Translations under genes and position numbers: made by a program | Notes under the pieces: model-generated | The model's input: only the letters and a program-made list of their open reading frames with translations | What the model was told of the DNA's origin: nothing | Database searches by the model: none | Origin: a virus | Taxonomy: Duplodnaviria > Caudoviricetes | Length of the DNA: 55,130 nucleotides | Direction: 5' to 3' (one strand) | Virus record (IMG/VR): IMGVR_UViG_3300008097_000008 | Coordinates: 1-55,130 of that record | Part shown: positions 42,201-51,900 of the stretch, piece by piece | How positions within the stretch are numbered: position 1 is the first letter of the stretch | Layout of the letters: every line of letters starts with the position of its first letter

Positions 42201-44381
42201 AGATTTAAAGTACCTGTAAGTGCTCCACTTGCTTTATATACCTTTGGTTATACAACTTCTGGTATTGGTATAAGAACGGTTCAAGATGGATATGTGATTG
42301 GTGATTTGGTTCAGGATTATATTTGGGATAGTAGTATTGGTACTTTGGATGAATATAATGGTAAATTTGCTGTTACTCCTGAGTATCCTAATGGAACTTA
42401 TGCTTATTTCTTAACAGAAAATGGTAGTGGGATACCAACTTATCCTTATGCAATTGGTCCAAGATTCTATGGTACTCCCTTATTTGAGGGTGATGCTGTC
42501 CCTGCTGAACCAGATACATTCCCAGCTGGTGCTCAAGGTAATATTGTTTTAAACACTGATGGGACTGTTAGTTATGTTAAGATGACCCAGAAGGGTGATA
42601 ATTATTTTGGTGCTGCAACTGCAAGAATATTAGGTGGAGAGGGTACTGGTGCTACAGGAACACCAACTGTACAGACAGTTACAGGTCTATCATTATTACA
42701 AGGTGGAAGAGATTATGCTACACCCCCAACACTTATTTTTGAAGGTGGTGGAGGACAAGGTGCTCAAGGTGCTGCTGAAATTGATACGTTAGGTAAAGTA
42801 AAAAATATTCAAATAGTTGATGATGGTGATTATTATCAAGAACCACCATATATTCTTATTACTGGTGGGGGTGGTATTGGTGCTAAAGCAACTGCTCAAG
42901 TAGCACAAGGTAAGATTAGTAGTATCACTGTCACTGATCCAGGTAGCGGATATGTCGATCAACCTAAAGTAATATTTACAAAACTAGTTAACTTAAAACG
43001 TAAGTCAAGAGCCAGACAGGCATATAATTCTGTTGCTGGTTTCCTTACTGGTCTTGTTAAGAATGTTGGAATGTCTGATGTTGAAATATATGTTGATTCT
43101 ACTGACGCTTTCCCAGGATCAGGAGAACTTATTTTAAATAAGGAAACTATTACATACACAGCTAAATCTAGAGGTAAATTCTCTGGATTAACTAGAGGTG
43201 TAAACTTCAATTATGATCAGAGGGTTATATTGGATGGTGGTCAAATTGATCAAGATGGTATTTCAACTTATAAGTTTAATGTTGGTGATAGAGTAATTAG
43301 GAAAATTGAAAACTCTGCTAACAAAGTTGCTAAAGTATATGACTGGGATCCTACAACTAGAGAGTTGCTTGTTACATTTGAAGTTGATGAGTTAGCATTC
43401 ATTGATGGTGGTATTCCATCTACTGAAGATGCAATTGTTCAGTTTGATGCTGGTGTTGCTGCTAGTGCTCCAGGTGGATTTAATCCTCATGTTCTTTTAG
43501 ATGATTTGGGAGGAGATGGTATTATTCAATTGACAGATCCTATATCATTAATGATTGATAAGAAGTTTGAAGATGATGATGAATTAGATGGTGCTGGAGA
43601 TGGTATTATTGATCTTGTTAATTCTGGTACTGATTATGAAAATCAGATCAATCTTGATGGTGGTATGTTCTTCTCATTATACGGTATTGAAGAAACTGTT
43701 GGTGGTCAAAATACAACATTATTCCAAGTTGGTGATCAAGTTAAAGATGGTAGTTTACCATTTAAATATGCTACAATTAGTGGTGCAGGAACTTTAACTG
43801 ATGGTGTCCCACACTCAGCTCTCATTAAATTATACTTAGATCCAGATTTATCTAATGGATTGAACTTCGGAGTTAATGAGATTGTTACTGGATCAACTTC
43901 TGGTATTAGAGCAACAGTTGTTTCTTGGGATCCTGTTGAATCTGTATTAATAGTTCAGGATATAATTCCATTTAATACTGGTAATGTTAATGTTGGTATT
44001 AGTGGATATCTTTATGAGTTCTCATATAACAGTACAATAACTGATTTTATTATTCAGAATATGGGTACTAACTATACTGCAGTACCAACAGTTACTGTAG
44101 AGAATGTTGGTGATATACAGGCAACTGGTACTGTCAATATGACAACTGCTGGAGACCAAGTTTCTTCCATAACCATAGTGAACGGAGGTTATGGAATTAA
44201 TCAGACAATTGACAATACATATAATACACACCCAACTATAACTTTTGTTAATGCAGTAGGTGATTCTACTGGTGGTAACGCTGCTGCACAAGCAGTTTTG
44301 GGTGGAGAAGACATTATGGGTAACAGTGGTGCTACTTATAGACTCAAGAGAATTGAGTATTCATCACAACTACGTTCGTAA
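39279..44381 (+). CDS. large virion structural protein (1700 aa; split YHYH domain, cupredoxin-like domains, GGxGY repeats, one copy of the nested domain)
   Basis: GMAFDGYPIYGPYGY...LDEYNGKFAVTPEYPNGTYAYF; HPMQF...YYYCKYHRYM; lies between g7 and g8. Confidence 0.8.
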   Translation: MARTVPGYGAQIEPIFDDKFGVRAVKVVDGGTGYDISNPPRLTVDGCGTPTTEALLYPIIDNLSGKIVHVRVLERGLGYDPLRLQIIPAQDTPTVIQSFDINKIWQTHPNSPTTGLFTVDSDRLTIQSDNHPKPTPLIEERAPGGGSGGALAQYTPSAINYNPTTGLMEMTIGSHSYTTGDSIKIGTDSLTFTCALDDHGTDHTYPRATDPVAGVAIPILSTTSTTITVQVLGVAPATNTSAHTFKSATFGAVTSGGSLVDRSFNQTYIYRGGKDAPNPNTREEQNNKAIGIMANGVQLHTPEWGQAGNPTPGFAIDAVKYNYIKNNRSSDAVIDSNTYYYQSSRLISEFAEDNGVFDWGKIKQFTWNIKTEFDNLMLEVENVSQELALVEVGRTLDVIGGSGKAEIAKVVKNNLDAITHVYIRDVTGSFAEDNVLLGSTGFSFRIAEPPTELTNGVFYIDFGVDAEEFGPFVSGQYYFSPENIKVQRNYLIKWNQTESSNQPSELHPHGHPMQFSTTQDGLLNGGTLYYNSTGVTEAPSTDYENEFQPLFIMNGDESSRIYYYCKYHRYMSGYEGHEGYMTLDTEIDNDPPVNDYYITDYYQSDNSDPNTIDYSRHADGHSKILGMAFDGYPIYGPYGYDLSGTSVLGTTQVLSEYGGLFYQVGNGYPTTNNGPGTGTGTGCIIDVTAIGTYQPGGILTIRIAEGGSGYAIGDKIRILHKYDGAWISQSFVSGQGANANRTEGVYGDVDDGNEFTVQASWTSANGVGGKPKITVAADGSISGFTMGGNGSEAVPGPDGNMGYNYIDDEQITIPGNLIGGSTPADDLVVKAAWVTDDDSGIAEITAVGNGLKREVTGFRYRVGDELAGARPDVVTEETITYAVTVANGEFNIDGSTVPFLSLWRGKTYVFQQNDSSNDNEQLLISTTDDGWHAGTPPDTTYLFEGPGITYWLEGSEVTYSAYISGFNAATAREIRFKVPVSAPLALYTFGYTTSGIGIRTVQDGYVIGDLVQDYIWDSSIGTLDEYNGKFAVTPEYPNGTYAYFLTENGSGIPTYPYAIGPRFYGTPLFEGDAVPAEPDTFPAGAQGNIVLNTDGTVSYVKMTQKGDNYFGAATARILGGEGTGATGTPTVQTVTGLSLLQGGRDYATPPTLIFEGGGGQGAQGAAEIDTLGKVKNIQIVDDGDYYQEPPYILITGGGGIGAKATAQVAQGKISSITVTDPGSGYVDQPKVIFTKLVNLKRKSRARQAYNSVAGFLTGLVKNVGMSDVEIYVDSTDAFPGSGELILNKETITYTAKSRGKFSGLTRGVNFNYDQRVILDGGQIDQDGISTYKFNVGDRVIRKIENSANKVAKVYDWDPTTRELLVTFEVDELAFIDGGIPSTEDAIVQFDAGVAASAPGGFNPHVLLDDLGGDGIIQLTDPISLMIDKKFEDDDELDGAGDGIIDLVNSGTDYENQINLDGGMFFSLYGIEETVGGQNTTLFQVGDQVKDGSLPFKYATISGAGTLTDGVPHSALIKLYLDPDLSNGLNFGVNEIVTGSTSGIRATVVSWDPVESVLIVQDIIPFNTGNVNVGISGYLYEFSYNSTITDFIIQNMGTNYTAVPTVTVENVGDIQATGTVNMTTAGDQVSSITIVNGGYGINQTIDNTYNTHPTITFVNAVGDSTGGNAAAQAVLGGEDIMGNSGATYRLKRIEYSSQLRS

Positions 44382-44386
44382 CAGAC

Positions 44387-44393
44387 ATAAATA
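44387..44393 (+). promoter_or_regulatory. T4-type late promoter ATAAATA
   Basis: Intergenic, 26 nt before the g8 ATG. Confidence 0.8.
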
Positions 44394-44419
44394 AACAAGA
44401 GGACAATAGTCACTAGGAA

Positions 44420-45952
44420 ATGGCAGCTCTATTAACTGATCAATTTAGAATATTTTCAGCATTAAAATTCATAAAAGCTCTTGAAGGTCCAGATGCGACC
44501 CAGAGTGATGAAGTTGCTGGAACTTCTCGTGATCGCATATACTTATTCATCGGAAGACCACAAAGTTGGGATAATGAAAACTCGCCTCCGCAGGCAGTTG
44601 ATTCATTCTCAGAATTTTCTGGTTCGTATGATGACATGATCTCTTTAAAAAGGGTTCTTGCTGCTGATACTGTACAAGTTGCTCGTAGAATTGACTGGGT
44701 TTCTCCAGAACAAACTACTGGTGGTCTAGGTTTCACCTATGACATGTATAGACATGACTATTCTCCAAGTAAAACTGCTGCTTCTGGTGCTACTAAACTA
44801 TATGACTCTGACTTTTACGTTGTAAATTCTCAGTATCAAGTTTATAAGTGCATCTATAACGGTACATCTCCTAGTGATCCTAACGGAAAACCTTCAACAG
44901 TTGAACCTACTGGTACTTCTACCTCTATTGTTACTACTGGTGATGGATATCGTTGGAAATATATGTATACTATTCCAGTTGCATCTGTTCTTAAATTCTT
45001 TAGTAATGACTACATGCCTGTCTTTACTAATGATGCAGTGAAAACTAACGCAGTGGAGGGTGAAATTGACACTATTGTTATTACTGCTGCTGGTACTGGT
45101 TACAACAACGGCACTTACGATAACGTCGCCATTAATGGTGATGGAACTGGCGGTAGGGTTAGTATTGTTGTTGATGGTGGTAAGATCATTTCTGCTACCG
45201 TTACTTCTGGTGGTACTGGATATACCTTTGGTAAAATTTCTGTTGATAATATTACTGGTATTGGTACTGGTCAAGGCGGTCAAGTCGATGTGATTATACC
45301 ACCTCCAGGTGGTCATGGAAATGATACTATTATTGAACTTGGTGCTTTCCGAGTTATGATTAACGCCAAACTCTCATATGATGAGGGTGCAGGTGACTTC
45401 CCGATTGATAACGACTATCGTCGTATTGGTTTAATTACCAATCCTTTAAAGTTTGGTACTACAGAGTTAATATCTGATCTAACAGTTTCAGCAACTAAAG
45501 CAGTTATTTTCTCACCTACCTTCCAAGGTAACTATGTTCCTGATGAAATTATTACCCAGACACGTGTTGTTGGTGGTACTAATGTTACTTCTCGTGCAAG
45601 AGTTATCTCATGGAATGCTACAACAAAAGTTTTGAAATACTATCAAAATGCTGTAGATGGTATTTACCCAGAAGTTACTGGTACTCAAAATGAATTTGAC
45701 GGATCTAACGTCATTAGTGGAGCTACATCAGGTGCGGCTGGACAACCAGACGTAAATTTCCCTGCAGTTCCAAACACTTCTTCTAGAACTATTAACAACA
45801 CTGAATATGATCTTGGTATGAAATTTAACTCTGGATATGCTAAACCAGAGATTAAGTCAAATAGCGGTCAGGTTGTATACATAGATAATAGAAGATCAAT
45901 CAGTCGTGCAAACGACCAAGTAGAAGACATTAAAATCGTAATCGAGTTCTAA
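44420..45952 (+). CDS. g8: baseplate wedge subunit gp8
   Basis: YLFIGRPQSW...RRIDW...FYVVNSQYQVYKCIYN...DGYRWKYMYTI...SGQVVYIDNR...EDIKIVIEF. Confidence 0.93.
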   Translation: MAALLTDQFRIFSALKFIKALEGPDATQSDEVAGTSRDRIYLFIGRPQSWDNENSPPQAVDSFSEFSGSYDDMISLKRVLAADTVQVARRIDWVSPEQTTGGLGFTYDMYRHDYSPSKTAASGATKLYDSDFYVVNSQYQVYKCIYNGTSPSDPNGKPSTVEPTGTSTSIVTTGDGYRWKYMYTIPVASVLKFFSNDYMPVFTNDAVKTNAVEGEIDTIVITAAGTGYNNGTYDNVAINGDGTGGRVSIVVDGGKIISATVTSGGTGYTFGKISVDNITGIGTGQGGQVDVIIPPPGGHGNDTIIELGAFRVMINAKLSYDEGAGDFPIDNDYRRIGLITNPLKFGTTELISDLTVSATKAVIFSPTFQGNYVPDEIITQTRVVGGTNVTSRARVISWNATTKVLKYYQNAVDGIYPEVTGTQNEFDGSNVISGATSGAAGQPDVNFPAVPNTSSRTINNTEYDLGMKFNSGYAKPEIKSNSGQVVYIDNRRSISRANDQVEDIKIVIEF

Positions 45953-45956
45953 CCGA

Positions 45957-48900
45957 ATGGCACAAAATACTAATTTAAACGTCACCCCATACTACGACGA
46001 TTTCGATAAAGATAAGAATTTTTATCGAGTGCTGTTTCGACCTGGGTTTCCTATACAGGCAAGAGAACTTACGACAATGCAGAGTATTCTGCAGAATCAA
46101 ATTGAGTCTATGGGAACTGCAACCTTCAAAGAAGGTGCAATGGTTATTCCAGGACAGGTTGGTTATGATCTAAATGTACAAGCAATATTAATTCAAGAAT
46201 CATTCCTTGGTAGTGAAGTTGAGACATATAGAGATCAGTTAGATGGTGCTATTATAGAAGGTCTAACAACAGGTGTTAGAGCAAAAGTTCTGTATAGTAT
46301 TTCTGCAACTACTTCAGAGAAAGGTTATATTACATTATATGTTAAGTATATTGATTCTGGTGATACTACATCATCAACATCATCTAAGACTTTCCAAATC
46401 AATGAGCAGTTGATTGCTGATAAAGAGATTACATTTGGATCAACTCTTATTGAAATTGGAACTCCATTTGCACAACTACTTCCAGTAAATGCTACTGAAG
46501 TTGGATCGGCTGCATATATTAGTGAAGGTGTTTATTATATTAGAGGACATTTTGTTAATGTTCCAACTGCATATTTACTATTAGATCAGTACAGTAACAA
46601 TCCATCTTATAGGGTTGGTTTAGAAGTATTAGAATCTATTATAACTCCAGAAGATGATGAGAGTTTAAATGACAATGCTGCTGGTACTTCAAACTATTCT
46701 GCACCAGGTGGACATAGATTTAGAATTAAAACACAGTTTGTTAAAAGATTAATAGAAGACGATGCTGATAAAGATTTCATTGAATTATTAAGGATTAATA
46801 AGAGTAGAGTAGAGAATTTTGTTAACAGAACTGCATATAGTGAATTAGAAAGATCTATGGCTCGTCGTACTTACGAGGAGTCTGGAGACTATGTAATTGA
46901 TACTTTTGATGTAAAGGCTAGAGAACATCTTAATGATGGATTTAATAATGGTGTATATGCTTTAAATGAAACTTCTGCTGATGGTAATTTGGCAGATGAA
47001 GGTAAGCTTGCTATAGAAGTTTCTCCAGGTAAAGCATATGTTAAAGGATATCGTACTGAATTTATTGCACCGCAGTATGTTGATGTAGATAAGCCTAGAG
47101 ACTTTGATATGAGTAATAACTCAATTATCAATTTCAACTTAGGTAACTTTGTAAAGGTTTATGATGTATGGGGATGGCCAGAGATTTCTGGTGATGGTGT
47201 TACTGATGGTTATCAGACATTAGATTTATATGATACTTGGACTTTAAATTCCACCAATGATGAACCTGGTGGTGGTAATAAGATTGGTAGATGTAGATGT
47301 ATTCAGTTACAGGCTGCCTCTACAGCAGCATCAAACTCTTCTCAATCAGGTACTGCAGCTAGTGCTGGTGTATTTGATATGTGGTTTTTTGATGCTCAAA
47401 TGTTTACTGCATTGAATATTAATAATGCTGTTCATTCTGCTGTAGCATCAACTCCAGGTATTTCTGCTGGACGTAGAATTGTAGGTAAGACATCTGGTGC
47501 ATCTGGTTATGTTGCAGATACTGGTAACCAAACTCATTACATTCAGTTGGAACATGTATCAGGTAAATTCACTATTGGTGAAATCCTAGAGCATGATGGT
47601 CTTAATGTTGGTACTTTAGAAGCAGCACATACTTATCAGTTAACTGATACAAGATCATCCTTTGGATATACTGGTGGTGGTGCAGTAAGATTTGGTTGTA
47701 ACTGGGTACTCAATGATGTTTGGCCAATTGAATGTACAACTGTTGCTATTGATCAGGCAAGTAATCAGGAGATCACTGGTTTCCGTACAAGATTTGAGAA
47801 TGATTTAAGACCAGGTGATGTTATTACTACAACTGTTTCTGATTTTGAGGGTAAGAATTCACTTCGTATTGAAAGAGTAGATCAGACAGCCATTGGTGTA
47901 ACTAAGCAAAATAAGAAATCAACTGTTGCTGATGCTGATGTAATCTTTAATTATGATACACAAGTAGCAGAAATTGAAGTTGCATCATCAATGAACGCAG
48001 GTGCTATTAGTGATGGTGATTATAGTGATGTTGTAAGGATGCGACCTTTCGTATTCCAGAAAGATTATCAGAATGGAGAACTATCTTTTGACTTACCAGA
48101 AGATACAATGAGATCCATTAGTGATGAATCGTTCTTTGTATACAGAAACTTTGCATCCAAAACTGTAACTACTGGTTCTATTACATTCACAGTTCCTGAG
48201 AATGAAGCATTTGGTGCTATGTCTTCAGAGAACTTTACTCTTACTATTGTAGCTAATGGTGGTAGTGGAACATGGGCTAATGGTCAGAATATAGATGTTG
48301 ATTCTGAGGTTTCTGGTGGAAATTTGACAGCAACTTATGGTGCTAATAACCAGTCAATTTCTATTGGTGGATTAGGTTCAGTTGCAACTGTTACCTTAAC
48401 TGCTTTAGTATCTAAGAACACTGTTACTAAAAAGTTAAAGACTGCATCTAAGATGCAAGCATTAAAGGTATTTAAAACTAATCAGAAATTAGATTCACAA
48501 CCAACAGGACTAGAATATAGTTCTCTATATGGTACTAGATGTCAGGATGAAGCGATCTCATTTGGTATTAATGATGTATATAATATTCATGCAATATATG
48601 AGTCTTATGATAATAATGATGCTTCTTCACCTTATGTTGTATTAACTGAATCTGTATTCTTTGCAGCAGGTACTTTAATAGAAGGTAAAACATCTGGTGC
48701 TAGAGGTCGAGTTATTAGTTTCCAAAACTCATCTTTAAAACTTTACTTTGTTGCACTGAATGAGAAACCATTTATTATAGGTGAAACTATAAATGGATTT
48801 GATCTTTCTGGTGGTCCTCTTGCTGGTATCGTTGATGATAGTGCTGGATCTATTTTCAAAGGTAGTAAAGTTATTACAGATCAGTTTACTTTAGAATCTG

Positions 48901-51900
48901 GTCAAAGAACTAATTATTATGATTCTTCTAGATTAACTAGACTACCATCTACTATTGCACCAACAAGAAGACTGTTAATTATATTTGATTACCTATCACA
49001 TGAATCTTCAGGTGATTACTTCTCTAACGAATCTTATACTGGTATAACTTATAAAGAGATTCCTAACTATAAACTTGATGGATCTATTAAGTATATTAGA
49101 GATCAAATTGATTTCCGTCCAGGTGTTAAAGAATTGCGTAATGGACAAGGTACTGTAGGATCTCCTTACTATGTAAATTGTACTACATTTGACTTTGTAT
49201 CCAGAGTATTCTCTACTGTTAGTGGTGCTGGTGCAGCGACTGTCTTTGATATCATGCAGATCAATTCATCATTCAGGGCAGACTATACATGGTATCTACC
49301 AAGAATTGATTATCTATATCTTTCACATGATAGTAAACTAAGAATTCAAAAAGGTGTTTCTGGAAAGTTCTTGATTCCACCAGATAGAGTTGAGAACTCT
49401 ATGTTGTTGGCTACTATAGAATATAAGCCATACGTCTTTGATCCAGAAAGAGATATTCTTATTACTGCAGAAGTTATTCGTCGTTATACGATGAAGGATA
49501 TTGGTGATTTAGAAAATCGTTTAACTAACGTTGAATACTATACATCATTATCAATGCTTGAATCTCAGGCAGATAATACTAAGACATATGATGAGAATGG
49601 ATTTGATAGATTAAAGAATGGTTATGTTGTTGATGACTTTACTGATCACACGATTGGTGATGTTTTAAATGCAGACTATAAGTGTTCTTTAGACTTTAGA
49701 GAAGGTCAATTACGTCCTCAGCATTATACAACTAACGTTGGTCTTGTATATAACGAAACAGATTCGGCTGATGTAGTTAAGACTGAAGGTAATGTTATTA
49801 TGTTACCTTTTGAAGATGAGCCTATTATTGCACAGCCATATGCTTCAAGGACTGAGAACATCAACCCATTTAACGTATTCACTTTTATTGGTCGTATAGA
49901 TCTTACTCCAGCATCTGATGACTGGGTTGATATTGAGCGTCTTCCTGCTCGTGTTGAGAATATTGAAGGAGATTTCTCATCTGTATCTAAGGATATGCAG
50001 GTTGATCAGAATGGTTTTGCACCTATCCAATGGGGTTCATGGCAGACTAACTGGACTGGTGAAACATTACAGTCTTCATCACAGCAAAGATCTTCTTCAG
50101 GTACATTTGGAGTTGGTCGTCAGTTAGGTCGTGCAGGTCATGGTCAGCGTCGTCAAGGTCTATTCTATCTACATGAACGTCGTACTTATCGTGTTGTTAA
50201 TAATCAGGCACGTCAAGGTGTTCGTTCTAGAGTTGTTCCTAAGATTGAGAGAAGATCATTAGGTGATACAGTTCTTTCTAGGAGTACTATTCCTTGGATT
50301 AGATCACGTAATATTGGTTTCAACGTTGATCGTATGAAGCCACGTACAAGATTTTATGCCTTCTTTGATGGTGTTAACGTTACAAATAATATAACACCTA
50401 AAGTTATTGAAATAGTTAAAAACTCTTCAACTGATGCTCGTACAAATGAGACACCATTTGTTGTGGGTGAAACTGTTACAGGACAAACTTCAGGATGTCA
50501 ATTAAAGGTTGTTGCACCTGATGATGGATATAAAACTAATCCTTATGGTAAGGGTACTGAAGTTCTTCCAACATCATACTCATCACAAACAATATATCTA
50601 AACCATGATATAACTGCTATATCAGAAACTGTATCTCCAGATTACTTTGGAAATATGCAGGTAGGTGAAGTTCTAGTTGGTCAAACATCTGGTGCTAGAG
50701 CAGTTGTTGGTGATCGTCGTTTGTTAACAGATAACGTTGGTAATATTCAAGGATGTTTCTTTGTACCTTCTCCTAAGAACGATGCTAACCCTCGTTGGGC
50801 TACTGGTACTAGAACCTTTAGATTTACAACCAATGAAGAAAATAGTAAGGCATTAGGAGTAGTTGATTCATCTGCAGATACTACATACTCAGCATCTGGT
50901 ACTTTACAGACTGTTCAAGAAAATGTCTTGGCAGTTAGAAATGCAGAGATTGTTAGAGATACAGTTAGTGAAGATAGAGTTGTTACAACTACTAGAACAG
51001 AATCTAGACAGATTGGTTGGTATGACCCTCTTGCTCAATCATTTATTGTTGAGGAAGAAGGTGGAGTATTCCTTTCAAGTGTTGATTTATTCTTTAATAC
51101 TAAGGATACTAATATTCCAGTTTCTATGCAAATTAGAACTATGGAAAATGGTTATCCAACAAAGACTATTCTCCCATTCTCTGATATAACAGTTACACCA
51201 GATCAAATAGAAATATCTGAAACTGCATCTGTTAAGACTAACTTCAAGTTTAAAGCACCTGTATATATTAAGTCATCTACGGAATATTGTTTCGTTCTTC
51301 TTTCCGACTCTAATGAATATAAGATTTGGATATCTAGAATGGGTGATGTTGATGTAACAGGAACTAGAACTATATCAGAACAGCCTTATGCTGGTGTCTT
51401 ATTCAAGTCACAGAACGCATCTACATGGACTGCTGATCAGTATGAAGACCTTAAGTTCACAATATATCGTGCTAACTTTACAAAGGATCAAGGTACTGTA
51501 GTTCTTAATAATACACCACAAGGTAAGGGTAACGGTGGTGTTCATAGATTAATCAATAACCCAATTCAAACTATTAAACCTAAGCAGGTATTATCATTAG
51601 ATCCACAAACAACTCAGTATACATTTACTGATGGTGCTAGGGTAACTCAAACAGGAACTAATGCAACAGCAACTGTTGTTTCATCTACAACGTCTTCATC
51701 TGTTGCTGACACTGTTACTGTTACAGATATAACTGGTAATTGGTTAGATGGTTCCTCATACATATTAACTTCATATCAAGCAGAAGCAACAATAACAGTT
51801 GGTTCTGGAACTGGTGCTCTTGAAGTTGGTGACACTGTAGTTGGTGGTAGTTCAGGTATTCAGGGTTTGGTTAAGAGTTATGTTGGTGCTACTTTAATAC

